From a virus: 64,000 nt of DNA. Each line of letters starts with the position of its first letter. The first letter of the stretch is position 1. Of this stretch, positions 18,361-27,691 are shown piece after piece. The stretch lies in IMG/VR virus record IMGVR_UViG_3300022921_001386; one strand, given 5' to 3'. A program made the position numbers and the translations under genes. The notes below the pieces were generated by a model, which was not told the origin of the DNA, searched no databases, and saw only the letters and a program-made list of their open reading frames with translations.

Positions 18361-18862
18361 TATAACACCAGATTGGAATATTGATGATTACAAATCATTA
18401 AGCTTCAAACGTGATACTGTAAAAGGGCAAACTACAGTACAGGAATACTTTCGAGTAGGACATCAGCCTGGCCGAATGACAATGCTCAACTATTTTGAAC
18501 CTAACCCTATGCCTAGTAGTGTTGATTATGTTAAAACATTTTTCAGCGATTTAGTTAATGTTACTGCGGCGATTAATGTGTTTGAACCTGGACACTACTT
18601 ACCATTACATCGAGACAACTATAGAAAATATCAAAGTGTTGCTAAAGAGATTTTAAAAGACAGAGGCATAAATGCAATATACCGATATGTTGTTATGCTT
18701 GAAGATAGTGTTCCTGGGCAAATGATGCATATTGGAAGTACTATACATCATACATGGAGCGCTGGCGATGTATTTGGTTGGGTTGGTGACGAAATGCATA
18801 CATTTTATAATATGAGTTTAAAGGATCGATATGCAATACAAATTACAGGAATACAACCGTAG
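18338..18862 (+). CDS. Cupin/2OG-Fe(II) oxygenase-like protein
   Basis: PGHYLPLHRD (HxD), WSAGD, HTFYN, RYAIQITG. Confidence 0.7.
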   Translation: MMMRIHSNITPDWNIDDYKSLSFKRDTVKGQTTVQEYFRVGHQPGRMTMLNYFEPNPMPSSVDYVKTFFSDLVNVTAAINVFEPGHYLPLHRDNYRKYQSVAKEILKDRGINAIYRYVVMLEDSVPGQMMHIGSTIHHTWSAGDVFGWVGDEMHTFYNMSLKDRYAIQITGIQP

Positions 18863-20108
18863 TGATGTTTTTTTAGATAACTGTTTGGTTATACAAATAA
18901 AAGGTCAAACTCGATTTGTAGATGAAAAATATAATATACTAAACAATCTCAACAACTATATTGGATGTGATCAAATGTATAAAATGAGTTTTTTAAGTCA
19001 TTATGATGGAAACTTTATACAAATACACGATATGGGACATCTTCCATACTTGGAGAATTTAAATCTAAGCTCTATTGATATTAATGAACTAAACAAAAAT
19101 AAGCTAACTATTTTTCTCACTGAACAAATAATTCATACTGATAACGATTATTGTAGAATATTACTAGGAACAGATGATACTGTAAGCACCTTAACGTCTG
19201 GCATTCCTTACAATACTACAAACACTATTTGGTCGCCCGAACTTGACAGTATTGAAATATTTGTAAAAAATAATAATCTAACCAATGTTTCAGTTTGTGT
19301 AAGTTTTGATGACATCACTGATATTTACAAAGACAGATACAGTTTTAACTTATATCGAAATGATGCTTGTTTAGATGCACTAAACAACTTATATAAATCA
19401 TTTGATGAGGTAGAACATATTCGACCTGTTGACATTAACAAAAAGTTTTGGTGTGCAAACTGGAGATATAGTTCTCATAGACATCTTATTACAGCATATG
19501 CTAGTACACTTGACACTGAATATAGTTGGGGATTTATTGACGACGACTTGAAAGTTTTAAAAAATTTATGGTTAGATTTAGAAAACTTTAAATTCAAAAA
19601 TAGCATTGTTGATAGATTAGAATATTTAAACAAAAACAATAGAAGTATAGATATACCAACTACGTCGATGGAGATTGATGGCAACATACTTGACGAAGCT
19701 AAACGTCTACAAGAAATACCAGCTGGACCATATGATACTAATCAATATGCTAGTAGTGATTTATTTAAAAATACATTTTGTTCAATTGTTAATTTAAGTA
19801 CATTTGCAGAGCCGTTTCCCTGCTACGATGAAAAACCACTAAATGCAATATTTAACTTACGTCCATTTATATTATGTGGACCACCGGGCAGTTTGGCACT
19901 TATGCGTAAAGATGGGTTTAAAACGTTTGGAGATTTTTGGGACGAATCATACGACAATGAGTTGGATCATACCAAACGTTTAGAAAAAATATTCAAACTA
20001 ATAGATGAGATAGATAGTTGGAGCATACGTGATTGTCAAGAAATATATGCCAACATGATTCCAACACTATTTGAAAACTATCATAAATTTAAAAAACCAA
20101 ACTTATGA
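18831..20108 (+). CDS. Putative glycosyltransferase-like protein
   Basis: C-terminal FCSIV...EKPL...RPFI.CG...GFKTF.DFWDESYD resembles GT10-like donor-binding domains. Confidence 0.45.
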   Translation: MQYKLQEYNRSDVFLDNCLVIQIKGQTRFVDEKYNILNNLNNYIGCDQMYKMSFLSHYDGNFIQIHDMGHLPYLENLNLSSIDINELNKNKLTIFLTEQIIHTDNDYCRILLGTDDTVSTLTSGIPYNTTNTIWSPELDSIEIFVKNNNLTNVSVCVSFDDITDIYKDRYSFNLYRNDACLDALNNLYKSFDEVEHIRPVDINKKFWCANWRYSSHRHLITAYASTLDTEYSWGFIDDDLKVLKNLWLDLENFKFKNSIVDRLEYLNKNNRSIDIPTTSMEIDGNILDEAKRLQEIPAGPYDTNQYASSDLFKNTFCSIVNLSTFAEPFPCYDEKPLNAIFNLRPFILCGPPGSLALMRKDGFKTFGDFWDESYDNELDHTKRLEKIFKLIDEIDSWSIRDCQEIYANMIPTLFENYHKFKKPNL

Positions 20109-21034
20109 AATGTGCAGCGTTATACAATCATACTAACATAAGGGGAGGTGATCGCATCTTCCCTTGCTGCCGTTTTAAAAACAGCATACAATGGTTTGAC
20201 GGTGACGTAAACAACATACTAAACAGTTACAGTTACAATCTACTTAGAAGTAGAATGGAATCTGGCGAAAAGTTACCAGAATGTGCCAAGTGCTGGCATG
20301 AAGAAAATCTAGGCAAACCTAGTCTTAGACAATGGTTCAACGAAAACTACAGTACAGATGAAATCAAACTTAGATACCTTGAGGTAGGATTTGACAACAT
20401 TTGCGATCTAACCTGTGACGGATGTTGGGAAGAATGGAGCAGTAGTTGGTGGGTTAAAAAGAATCCCGGACTTCCTCCCAAACAAGGTATTACTAGTACA
20501 ACTGAATTTAGAAACATTCCAGAAAGCATTGAAAAGGTTGTGTTTTTAGGCGGTGAGCCTCTAATGACCAATAGGCACAGACGCTTCTTGGAAAGTTTTG
20601 ATACGTTAGAACATTTAGAAGTAGAATACTTTACAAACGGTATGCATAGTTTAACACAAGAGGATTACGCTGTATTGAGTAAATGCAAACGTGTACATTT
20701 CACTGTAAGCATAGATGGTGTCGGTGCACTAAATGAACAAGTACGTGGAAACAGTATTTGGAGTAAGGTTCTAAAAACACTAGACGAGATTGCTGACACA
20801 TTTGATTATACTATTCATACTACAATACATAAAAATAACTGGCATGGATTGCCTGATATGTACCAATGGACAAAAAAATATGCAAAATGGACAACAAATG
20901 TCTTGACATATCCTAAAAAATTAGATATAATAAACTTAGAGCAGTGTGACAAACAAAAACTTTTGGATATCTTAGATGAGTTTGATATTCCAAATAAACA
21001 ATATATAGGCACACACTTAAAAGGAGACGCATAA
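20105..21034 (+). CDS. Radical SAM protein with N-terminal twitch/SPASM-like Cys cluster
   Basis: PCC, CAKC...E...SLR; CDLTCDGC; GGEP; TNG; SIDG. Confidence 0.9.
   Translation: MKCAALYNHTNIRGGDRIFPCCRFKNSIQWFDGDVNNILNSYSYNLLRSRMESGEKLPECAKCWHEENLGKPSLRQWFNENYSTDEIKLRYLEVGFDNICDLTCDGCWEEWSSSWWVKKNPGLPPKQGITSTTEFRNIPESIEKVVFLGGEPLMTNRHRRFLESFDTLEHLEVEYFTNGMHSLTQEDYAVLSKCKRVHFTVSIDGVGALNEQVRGNSIWSKVLKTLDEIADTFDYTIHTTIHKNNWHGLPDMYQWTKKYAKWTTNVLTYPKKLDIINLEQCDKQKLLDILDEFDIPNKQYIGTHLKGDA
20903..20931 (+). promoter_or_regulatory. Perfect consensus sigma70 promoter inside the rSAM gene
   Basis: TTGACA-17 bp-TATAAT, about 100 bp upstream of the gene at 21034. Confidence 0.75.
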
Positions 21035-21645
21035 TGGATATGCGAAGTTATGAAGATTGGCAAGTACACGATGCTACTGAAGGATCAGTAGAAGATGTTA
21101 CTTGGAACAGCAATGACCTTCTTACGTTACCGTGGGAAGCAACATATATGACAGACGAAATTCCCGAAGATAGTAGTTGGGATACATTTGCAACAAAAAA
21201 CAAAAAAGCATTAGAAGCAATGTACGCACAATGGGGAGTACCTAAAGAAGGTAGCTTACACTATATGAGCATACGTCCTGCACTTACAAAAGGACTAGGC
21301 AGTATTATTTCTCCGTATGCACATATGACATTTAACTATAACTTTTTAAAACTTACACCGGGTTGTAGTTTAATGTGGCACTTTGATACATATGCTACAT
21401 TTGTAAGATACAACAACATTGCAGAAGACGATGTTCACAATGTATGTAGAACTGTTATTATGATGAAAGACTGGGATAGAGGACAAGTATTACAAGTAGG
21501 TGATGAAGTTTACACACATTGGCAAGAAGGTGATACGTACACTTGGAAAGGCGATACGTGGCACGGTATGGCAAACTTTGGTCCTAGTGACATAGTTGTT
21601 GCACAAGTAACATTTTTGGATGAAAATGACCGATATACCCAATGA
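21034..21645 (+). CDS. Cupin/2OG-Fe(II) oxygenase-like protein
   Basis: PGCSLMWHFD, WQEGD, WHGMAN; similar to 18338. Confidence 0.7.
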   Translation: MDMRSYEDWQVHDATEGSVEDVTWNSNDLLTLPWEATYMTDEIPEDSSWDTFATKNKKALEAMYAQWGVPKEGSLHYMSIRPALTKGLGSIISPYAHMTFNYNFLKLTPGCSLMWHFDTYATFVRYNNIAEDDVHNVCRTVIMMKDWDRGQVLQVGDEVYTHWQEGDTYTWKGDTWHGMANFGPSDIVVAQVTFLDENDRYTQ

Positions 21646-22525
21646 TAAACGCAGCATGGATTTTGGCAGTGCATTTGCTATAGCAGATCCAGAAACTATA
21701 AAGCTGTTGCGTCAAACTTTTAATTTTACCGATCTTAACAGCGATAGTATCATTGATGAGTTTTTGAATGAATATGACACTTGGATTAAAAGTGGCACAC
21801 TAAATGTATTTACTGGATTAGAAGATTTCAAATACAAATGCTATAGTAATGGTACTACTGAAAGTTTTGATAAGTTTTACATGAAAAATTCCAAGCGTAG
21901 GTTTCGCTGCTACAAAGGCGAGTATATGTATCATAAACTTGCATGGCGTGATAAGTTTGATTGGCAATGGTTAGAAGAGGCCCCGTTGCACAAAAACGAT
22001 GCTGTTGTTATAAGTTTGCCGTTTGCAGACACTGGCGACAAGCATACATTGTATCATGAACTTATGCGCAAGTGCAGCAAGCTAAACATACCTGTGTTAG
22101 TAGATTGTGCATACTACGGGGCTTGTAGGCATATACATATTGATTTAGCGTATCCGTGTATTACAGATGTTACATTTTCGTTAAGCAAAACATTCCCTGT
22201 TGCATATGCACGTATCGGAATACGCTATACTAGAGTTGACGATGATGACACTATGTTTGTGTATCATAAAATAAACTACAACAATAAAATAGGTGCATTG
22301 CTAGGATTAGAATATTTTAAGAACTTTACACCCGATTATATATCAAACAAATATCTTGACAAACAAACAGAATTCTGTAATAATACTAATGTGTTACCAA
22401 GTAAGACAGTATTATTTGGTATTGACAACAATAATAAATACCCTCAATACAACCGAGGCGGAACTAGTAATCGACTAAGTTTCCACAAGCAATATATTAA
22501 AGGACTAGACTTTGCCAGTACATAG
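21620..22525 (+). CDS. PLP-dependent fold-type I enzyme (aminotransferase class I/II-like)
   Basis: VLVDCAY (DxA), FSLSKTF (Schiff-base Lys), ARIG. Confidence 0.75.
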   Translation: MKMTDIPNDKRSMDFGSAFAIADPETIKLLRQTFNFTDLNSDSIIDEFLNEYDTWIKSGTLNVFTGLEDFKYKCYSNGTTESFDKFYMKNSKRRFRCYKGEYMYHKLAWRDKFDWQWLEEAPLHKNDAVVISLPFADTGDKHTLYHELMRKCSKLNIPVLVDCAYYGACRHIHIDLAYPCITDVTFSLSKTFPVAYARIGIRYTRVDDDDTMFVYHKINYNNKIGALLGLEYFKNFTPDYISNKYLDKQTEFCNNTNVLPSKTVLFGIDNNNKYPQYNRGGTSNRLSFHKQYIKGLDFAST

Positions 22526-23567
22526 TAATAACGATTGGGATCCACTAGAAGAAATTATTATTGGCACAGCAGAAAACTGTGTACATCCTACTATGAATAA
22601 GAGTACACACAGTTTTATCTATGGCGGAGAACAACTTGAAGATATCAAACAGTTTGACGGTCAACCTATTGAACAATGGATTGTAGATGAAGCAAACGAA
22701 GACTTAGAAGGTCTTGAAAAATGTTTGCAAGGGCTAGGTGTTAAAACATTACGTCCTGAACCAATAGATCACAACAAGAAGTTTAGCACACCAGAATGGG
22801 AAACAACAGGCTGGTATACTTTTTGTCCACGTGACTTACTACTACCATTGGACAATATGATTATTGAATGTCCAAGCCCTATGCGAGCAAGATACTTTGA
22901 AACTAGAGCATACTATAAACACTTGTATCGTTGGATGCAAGAAGGCACACAATGGATCAATGCTCCTAAGCCTATCCTAACAGATGACAACTATCAACTA
23001 GAAGACAGGCGTGATGCTACACTAGTAAACAAAGAGATTATTTTTGATGCACCTAACATTGTGCGACTAGGCAGAGACTTGCTGTGTCAAGTAAGCAACA
23101 GTGGTAATCAACTAGGCTTTCAGTGGCTAAAGACTATCTTAGAACCCAAGGGATATCGTTTGCACGTTGCAGAGAAGTATTATAGCTTTGCACACTTTGA
23201 CAGTACAGTACTACCTTTACGCCCAGGTTTGGTACTATTAAACGCAGGAAGACTAAGCGAGGATTGGTATCCACCTATTTTCAAAGACTGGGATAAGATC
23301 TGGGTAGGCGAAGAAGACTTGCACGTTCCGGCTGCAAACACAGGTGTTGCTCCATGTAGTCCTTACATTGGACTTAACTTTTTAAGTGTTAACGAAGAAC
23401 TGGTTATTGTAGACGAAAAGCAAGAGTCATTAAGACGCATCTTGGGCAAGCATGGTATTGATACTATTGGGTTGCCCATGCGTCAAGCACGTAGTATGAG
23501 CGGCGGCTTTCACTGTGCAACACTAGATACAAAACGCAAAGGTACACTAGAGGATTATTTTCAATGA
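22512..23567 (+). CDS. Amidinotransferase (glycine/inosamine-phosphate amidinotransferase family)
   Basis: TTG start; NDWDPLEEIIIG, CPRD, FDAPN.VRLGRD, HFDST, GGFHCATLD. Confidence 0.92.
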   Translation: MPVHSNNDWDPLEEIIIGTAENCVHPTMNKSTHSFIYGGEQLEDIKQFDGQPIEQWIVDEANEDLEGLEKCLQGLGVKTLRPEPIDHNKKFSTPEWETTGWYTFCPRDLLLPLDNMIIECPSPMRARYFETRAYYKHLYRWMQEGTQWINAPKPILTDDNYQLEDRRDATLVNKEIIFDAPNIVRLGRDLLCQVSNSGNQLGFQWLKTILEPKGYRLHVAEKYYSFAHFDSTVLPLRPGLVLLNAGRLSEDWYPPIFKDWDKIWVGEEDLHVPAANTGVAPCSPYIGLNFLSVNEELVIVDEKQESLRRILGKHGIDTIGLPMRQARSMSGGFHCATLDTKRKGTLEDYFQ

Positions 23568-23746
23568 CCATGAACCCACGGCCAAACAAAAACACAGATC
23601 AAGAAATGATTGATGAGTTTTTAAACAAGGGTGGAAAGATCACCAAAGGCAAAACTAAAGCAATGCCCAGTGAACTTGGCATCAGTAACAATCAATGGAA
23701 CAACAAACTTACTAAAGCAGAAAAAGATGCAAAGGACGGCAAGTAA
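23564..23746 (+). CDS. Hypothetical protein
   Basis: IDEFLNKGGKITK motif; coupled. Confidence 0.65.
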   Translation: MTMNPRPNKNTDQEMIDEFLNKGGKITKGKTKAMPSELGISNNQWNNKLTKAEKDAKDGK

Positions 23747-23970
23747 TGTTACATACTATTGAAGATCTTATACATCGTATTAATTTAATGAAAGACAAAG
23801 CAATCTTATTGCATCGAGTTCGCAACGAGTTTGCTGAGATTTCTTATAAAGAATATGACAAAATAACATGTCAAAATCTTATTGCCGATATTCAAAGCAT
23901 TGCTCGAGGTATTGCTAACGATACCCAAGGCGATGAAATAAAAACAGAAATGGATGAATGGAAGAAATGA
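23746..23970 (+). CDS. Hypothetical protein
   Basis: TAATG coupling. Confidence 0.6.
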   Translation: MLHTIEDLIHRINLMKDKAILLHRVRNEFAEISYKEYDKITCQNLIADIQSIARGIANDTQGDEIKTEMDEWKK

Positions 23971-25046
23971 ACAACTATATTTTTACTAGCGAAAGTGTTA
24001 GCGAAGGACACCCAGATAAGGTTGCAGACCAAATCTCGGACGCACTCGTTGATGCTGGGCTAAAGGCAGGTGATACTACAACTCGCGTTGCTATTGAAAC
24101 ACTTGTAACTACCAATCATGTAACATTGGCAGGCGAAGTAAAAAACTTTAACGTGAACAAAGAAGAAGTCAAAGAAATTGTGCGCAACACGGTTCGTGAG
24201 ATTGGTTATGAACAAGAAGGGTTTCATTGGGATAAACTAAACATCTACAATGAAATCCACAATCAAAGTGCAGACATTGCGCTGGGCACAGATGACTTTG
24301 GTGCAGGCGATCAGGGTATTATGTTTGGTTATGCCTGCAACGACAACGATGCATACTTGCCAGCACCAATCTATTATGCACACGAAATACTTAAAGAACT
24401 TAAACAACAGCGTCAGCATGTTTTAGGTCCAGATGCTAAGTCACAAGTAAGTGTCGAGTATGAAGGCGGCAAAGTCAAACGTATTGACCAAGTTGTTATC
24501 AGTACACAACACGGAGAAGGTCAAGTTGAACAAGCAAGAAACATTAGCAAACTTGCTGCAATGAATGTATTAGGAGATTTAGTAGATGAAAAAACTGTAT
24601 GGCATCTCAATCCAACGGGTAACTTTGTTATTGGTGGTCCAGATGGTGATGCTGGTGTCACTGGGCGCAAAATTATCGTTGATACTTATGGCGGTTTTGC
24701 CCCTCACGGTGGTGGCGCTTTTAGTGGAAAAGACCCTACAAAAGTAGATCGCAGTGCAGCATATATGGCACGTTGGCTTGCTAAAAACGTAGTAGCAGAT
24801 GACATGGCAGACTGGTGCCAGATACAGTTAAGCTATGCTATTGGCGTTAAAGAACCTACAAGTATCTATGTAGATTCAAATGGACACAATCGTAGTATCG
24901 AGCGTTTCATTCGAGAGAACATTGATCTAACACCTAAAGGAATCATTGACAGATTTGATTTATTCAAGTATACTAACTATAGTAAGAACTGCACATACGG
25001 ACACTTTGGCAACAAAGATGTACCTTGGGAAAAAATTGGATGGTAA
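23967..25046 (+). CDS. metK: S-adenosylmethionine synthetase
   Basis: FTSESVSEGHPDK, GAGDQG, PDAKSQV, GRKIIVDTYGG, GGGAFSGKD. Confidence 0.97.
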   Translation: MNNYIFTSESVSEGHPDKVADQISDALVDAGLKAGDTTTRVAIETLVTTNHVTLAGEVKNFNVNKEEVKEIVRNTVREIGYEQEGFHWDKLNIYNEIHNQSADIALGTDDFGAGDQGIMFGYACNDNDAYLPAPIYYAHEILKELKQQRQHVLGPDAKSQVSVEYEGGKVKRIDQVVISTQHGEGQVEQARNISKLAAMNVLGDLVDEKTVWHLNPTGNFVIGGPDGDAGVTGRKIIVDTYGGFAPHGGGAFSGKDPTKVDRSAAYMARWLAKNVVADDMADWCQIQLSYAIGVKEPTSIYVDSNGHNRSIERFIRENIDLTPKGIIDRFDLFKYTNYSKNCTYGHFGNKDVPWEKIGW

Positions 25047-25594
25047 AAAAATACTACACATATGATGATGTACACAATGCTGCAATGCATATTGTATTGC
25101 AAATGTACAAAGACAACTGGCGGCCAGACTATGTTGTAGGCATTACAAGAGGCGGATTGCCTTTGGCATTGCGTATTAGTAACCTGCTAGATTGTCGTAT
25201 GGAAACACTCAAAGTTAAACTGCGAGACGGTAAGCCAGGCGAAGAATGCGAAAGCAACTGCTGGATGGCAGAAGATGCATTTGGATATGTGTCAGAGTTA
25301 GACCGCGACGGTATTATGGAAAATGTAAAAAGTGATTCAAATGCAAAGAAAAATATTCTCGTTGTAGATGACATTAATGATACTGGTGCTACATTTAACT
25401 GGATTAAACAAGACTGGATGAGCAGTTGTTTGCCCGACGATCCTAACTGGGATACTGTATGGGGCGGTAATGTAAGATTTGCTACTATGACTGAAAATTT
25501 TAGTAGTCAGTTTCCTGACGTCAACTATTGGTGGCACGAAGTAAATAAGTCAGAAGAAAATACCTGGCTAGTATATCCATGGGAATATGATTAA
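25040..25594 (+). CDS. Type I purine phosphoribosyltransferase (Gpt-like)
   Basis: VGITRGG, ILVVDDINDTGAT (PRPP loop), WLVYPWE. Confidence 0.88.
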   Translation: MVKKYYTYDDVHNAAMHIVLQMYKDNWRPDYVVGITRGGLPLALRISNLLDCRMETLKVKLRDGKPGEECESNCWMAEDAFGYVSELDRDGIMENVKSDSNAKKNILVVDDINDTGATFNWIKQDWMSSCLPDDPNWDTVWGGNVRFATMTENFSSQFPDVNYWWHEVNKSEENTWLVYPWEYD

Positions 25595-25603
25595 GGAGAT
25601 AAT

Positions 25604-25747
25604 ATGAGTTGTGGTTGCGGAAGATCGCCAACAGGTAGATGTGTTGGCTGGCATAGTTTGACAGAAGAAGAATATCATGTTAAACTAGATGAATACAATA
25701 AAAGACAAGCATTAAAGGAGAAAAAAAATGCAGGAACAACTAGTTAA
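25604..25747 (+). CDS. 47-aa CDGSH-like iron-sulfur protein (not in ORF track)
   Basis: AAGGAG RBS; MSCGCGRSPTGRCVGWH gives a 3Cys-1His set like CDGSH domains. Confidence 0.7.
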   Translation: MSCGCGRSPTGRCVGWHSLTEEEYHVKLDEYNKRQALKEKKNAGTTS

Positions 25748-25928
25748 AGCGGCGCGGATGCATGCCGAAGGAGAACTCGAAAGAGCAAAAACAAACATCT
25801 TGGTATACATGAATCACAGTGTAGGTATTGGTGAACACAGTGATATTGTAGAAGCTATTCAAGAAGAACTTGATAAAATGGCAGCAGCAACTGATCGTAT
25901 TGAAATGTTAAACGTACATTTTAGTTGA
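25728..25928 (+). CDS. Small helical hypothetical protein
   Basis: AAGGAG RBS; VGIGEHSDIVEAI. Confidence 0.7.
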   Translation: MQEQLVKAARMHAEGELERAKTNILVYMNHSVGIGEHSDIVEAIQEELDKMAAATDRIEMLNVHFS

Positions 25929-25953
25929 CAAAAGATCTAAATAATGTTACTAT
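25925..25953 (+). promoter_or_regulatory. Sigma70-type promoter for folE-queE
   Basis: TTGACA-17 bp-TACTAT with extended TG. Confidence 0.7.
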
Positions 25954-25960
25954 AAACCTA

Positions 25961-25988
25961 TATAGACATCCACGTCTATAACTCGGAG
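25961..25988 (+). promoter_or_regulatory. 5'-UTR hairpin / candidate pseudoknot upstream of folE
   Basis: 7-bp stem TATAGAC/GTCTATA, loop ATCCAC; loop TCC is complementary to GGA of the SD. Confidence 0.45.
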
Positions 25989-25994
25989 AAATAA

Positions 25995-26726
25995 ATGATA
26001 AAAAATAATACTGGACTTGATACTGATACTGTAGATACAGTTAAAATAAGTGAAGTCGTTCGCGAGCGTTTGCGTAAAAACGGCGTTCGCTTTTTTGCTA
26101 ATGACAACATTAGCGAACATATTAGTGAATTTGAGTTACAAGAGATTCAAAATGAACTAGCCTACAAGTTTCAAGATGTACTTGAAACATTGATTATCGA
26201 TACTGATAACGATCCTAATAGCGAAGGCACTGCAAAGCGACTTGCTAAAATGTATATTAATGAACTTATGCAAGGACGTTATTTTAAAGCACCTAATGCA
26301 ACTTCGTTTCCAAATGAAACAGACGACCCATATGACGGTATGTTAGTTGTACGCAGTGAACTAAAAAGTGTTTGTTCACATCACCACCAGCCTGTAACAG
26401 GTGTTGCGTATATTGGTATTCTTGCAGCTGATAAACTTATTGGTCTTAGCAAATATACACGTATTGCACAATGGTGTGCTAGACGTGGAACATTGCAAGA
26501 AGAACTGTGTATGGACATTACTAAAGAAATTATGAAAGTAACAGGTGCTAAAGACTGTGGCGTTTATATCCAAGCTATACACGGTTGCTGTGAGAATCGT
26601 GGCATTATGGCACATAGTAGTCTTACACAAACAAGTGTGCTTAAAGGTGCATTTAAAACCGATCCAGGTACAAAGAAAGAGTTCTTTGACAACATTAAAC
26701 TACAGCAGGAGTTTGCACCGAGATGA
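25995..26726 (+). CDS. folE: GTP cyclohydrolase I
   Basis: TAKRLAKMY, SVCSHHHQP, GLSK, LQEEL, HGCCENRG. Confidence 0.95.
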   Translation: MIKNNTGLDTDTVDTVKISEVVRERLRKNGVRFFANDNISEHISEFELQEIQNELAYKFQDVLETLIIDTDNDPNSEGTAKRLAKMYINELMQGRYFKAPNATSFPNETDDPYDGMLVVRSELKSVCSHHHQPVTGVAYIGILAADKLIGLSKYTRIAQWCARRGTLQEELCMDITKEIMKVTGAKDCGVYIQAIHGCCENRGIMAHSSLTQTSVLKGAFKTDPGTKKEFFDNIKLQQEFAPR

Positions 26727-27619
26727 AACTAAGATATTCAGAAGCATTTTACAGTGTGCAAGGTGAAGGTAAGTTCGTAGGAGTACCTAGTGTATTCCTA
26801 CGCACATTCGGTTGTAACTTCCGTTGTATGAACTTTGGTGTTGACAAAAGTGTCGGCGATCGTTGGGAACAACACGCACGAGGCGAACGTTATAATGCAG
26901 AAGTAAAAGCATTGCTCGATGCAGGTGTACACGAAACAACTGAAAAGTTTGAGGACTTGCCTATCATTCACACAGGTTGTGATACATACGCAAGTATCTA
27001 TCCTGAGTTTAAAGACTTTAACAAGTTGGCAACTATTGACGAAGTAGTCGAACACTTGCTTAGTTTGTTGCCAGAAGGCAAATGGACTATGGATAATGGT
27101 CAAGACGTGCATTTGATCTTGACAGGCGGCGAACCACTGCTTGCTTGGCAACGACTGTATGTCGAGTTATTTGAACACCCAGGTATGAAGGATCTAAAAA
27201 ATGTCACAATCGAAACCAACACTACACAGCATCTACATGATGACTTCTACAATTACCTCAACAATCACGAAACAATTAAACTCACTTTTAGCTGCTCACC
27301 AAAGCTATCCGTTTCGGGCGAGTCTTGGGATGATGCTATTAAGCCTGATGTTGCTCGTGAGTATTCCCTTGTGGATGGCAGCGATATGTATTTTAAGTTT
27401 GTTGTTGCTGATCAAGAAGATGTTGATGAAGTTACTCGGGCTGTTCAGCAATACAGGGATTCCGGGTTGGAATGTCCAGTATATCTTATGCCAATGGGTG
27501 GACGCAGTGAAGAATATTCCCTCAACGTTAAAGAAGTGGCGGAACTCTGTATGGAAAGAGGATGGCGATTCACTCCCCGGCTCCACATTAGCTTATTCGG
27601 AAATGCCTGGGGGACTTAA
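26723..27619 (+). CDS. queE: 7-carboxy-7-deazaguanine synthase (radical SAM)
   Basis: FYSVQGEG, FLRTFGCNFRC...GCDT, TGGEP, IETN, SPKL, FKFVV, PRLH. Confidence 0.92.
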   Translation: MKLRYSEAFYSVQGEGKFVGVPSVFLRTFGCNFRCMNFGVDKSVGDRWEQHARGERYNAEVKALLDAGVHETTEKFEDLPIIHTGCDTYASIYPEFKDFNKLATIDEVVEHLLSLLPEGKWTMDNGQDVHLILTGGEPLLAWQRLYVELFEHPGMKDLKNVTIETNTTQHLHDDFYNYLNNHETIKLTFSCSPKLSVSGESWDDAIKPDVAREYSLVDGSDMYFKFVVADQEDVDEVTRAVQQYRDSGLECPVYLMPMGGRSEEYSLNVKEVAELCMERGWRFTPRLHISLFGNAWGT

Positions 27620-27691
27620 TAAGGAAGATTTAGAAATCCTCCAAGGCAAGAAGATTACACAAGAACAGTACGAAGCTATAAGGAAACAAAT

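Noticed and set aside
22356-22386. TTGACA inside the PLP enzyme gene as a promoter
   Set aside because: No good -10 hexamer at 16-18 bp spacing
25961-25988. Assignment to known preQ1-I or THF-II riboswitch classes
   Set aside because: Size and sequence do not fit either consensus as I recall them; kept only as an unclassified candidate
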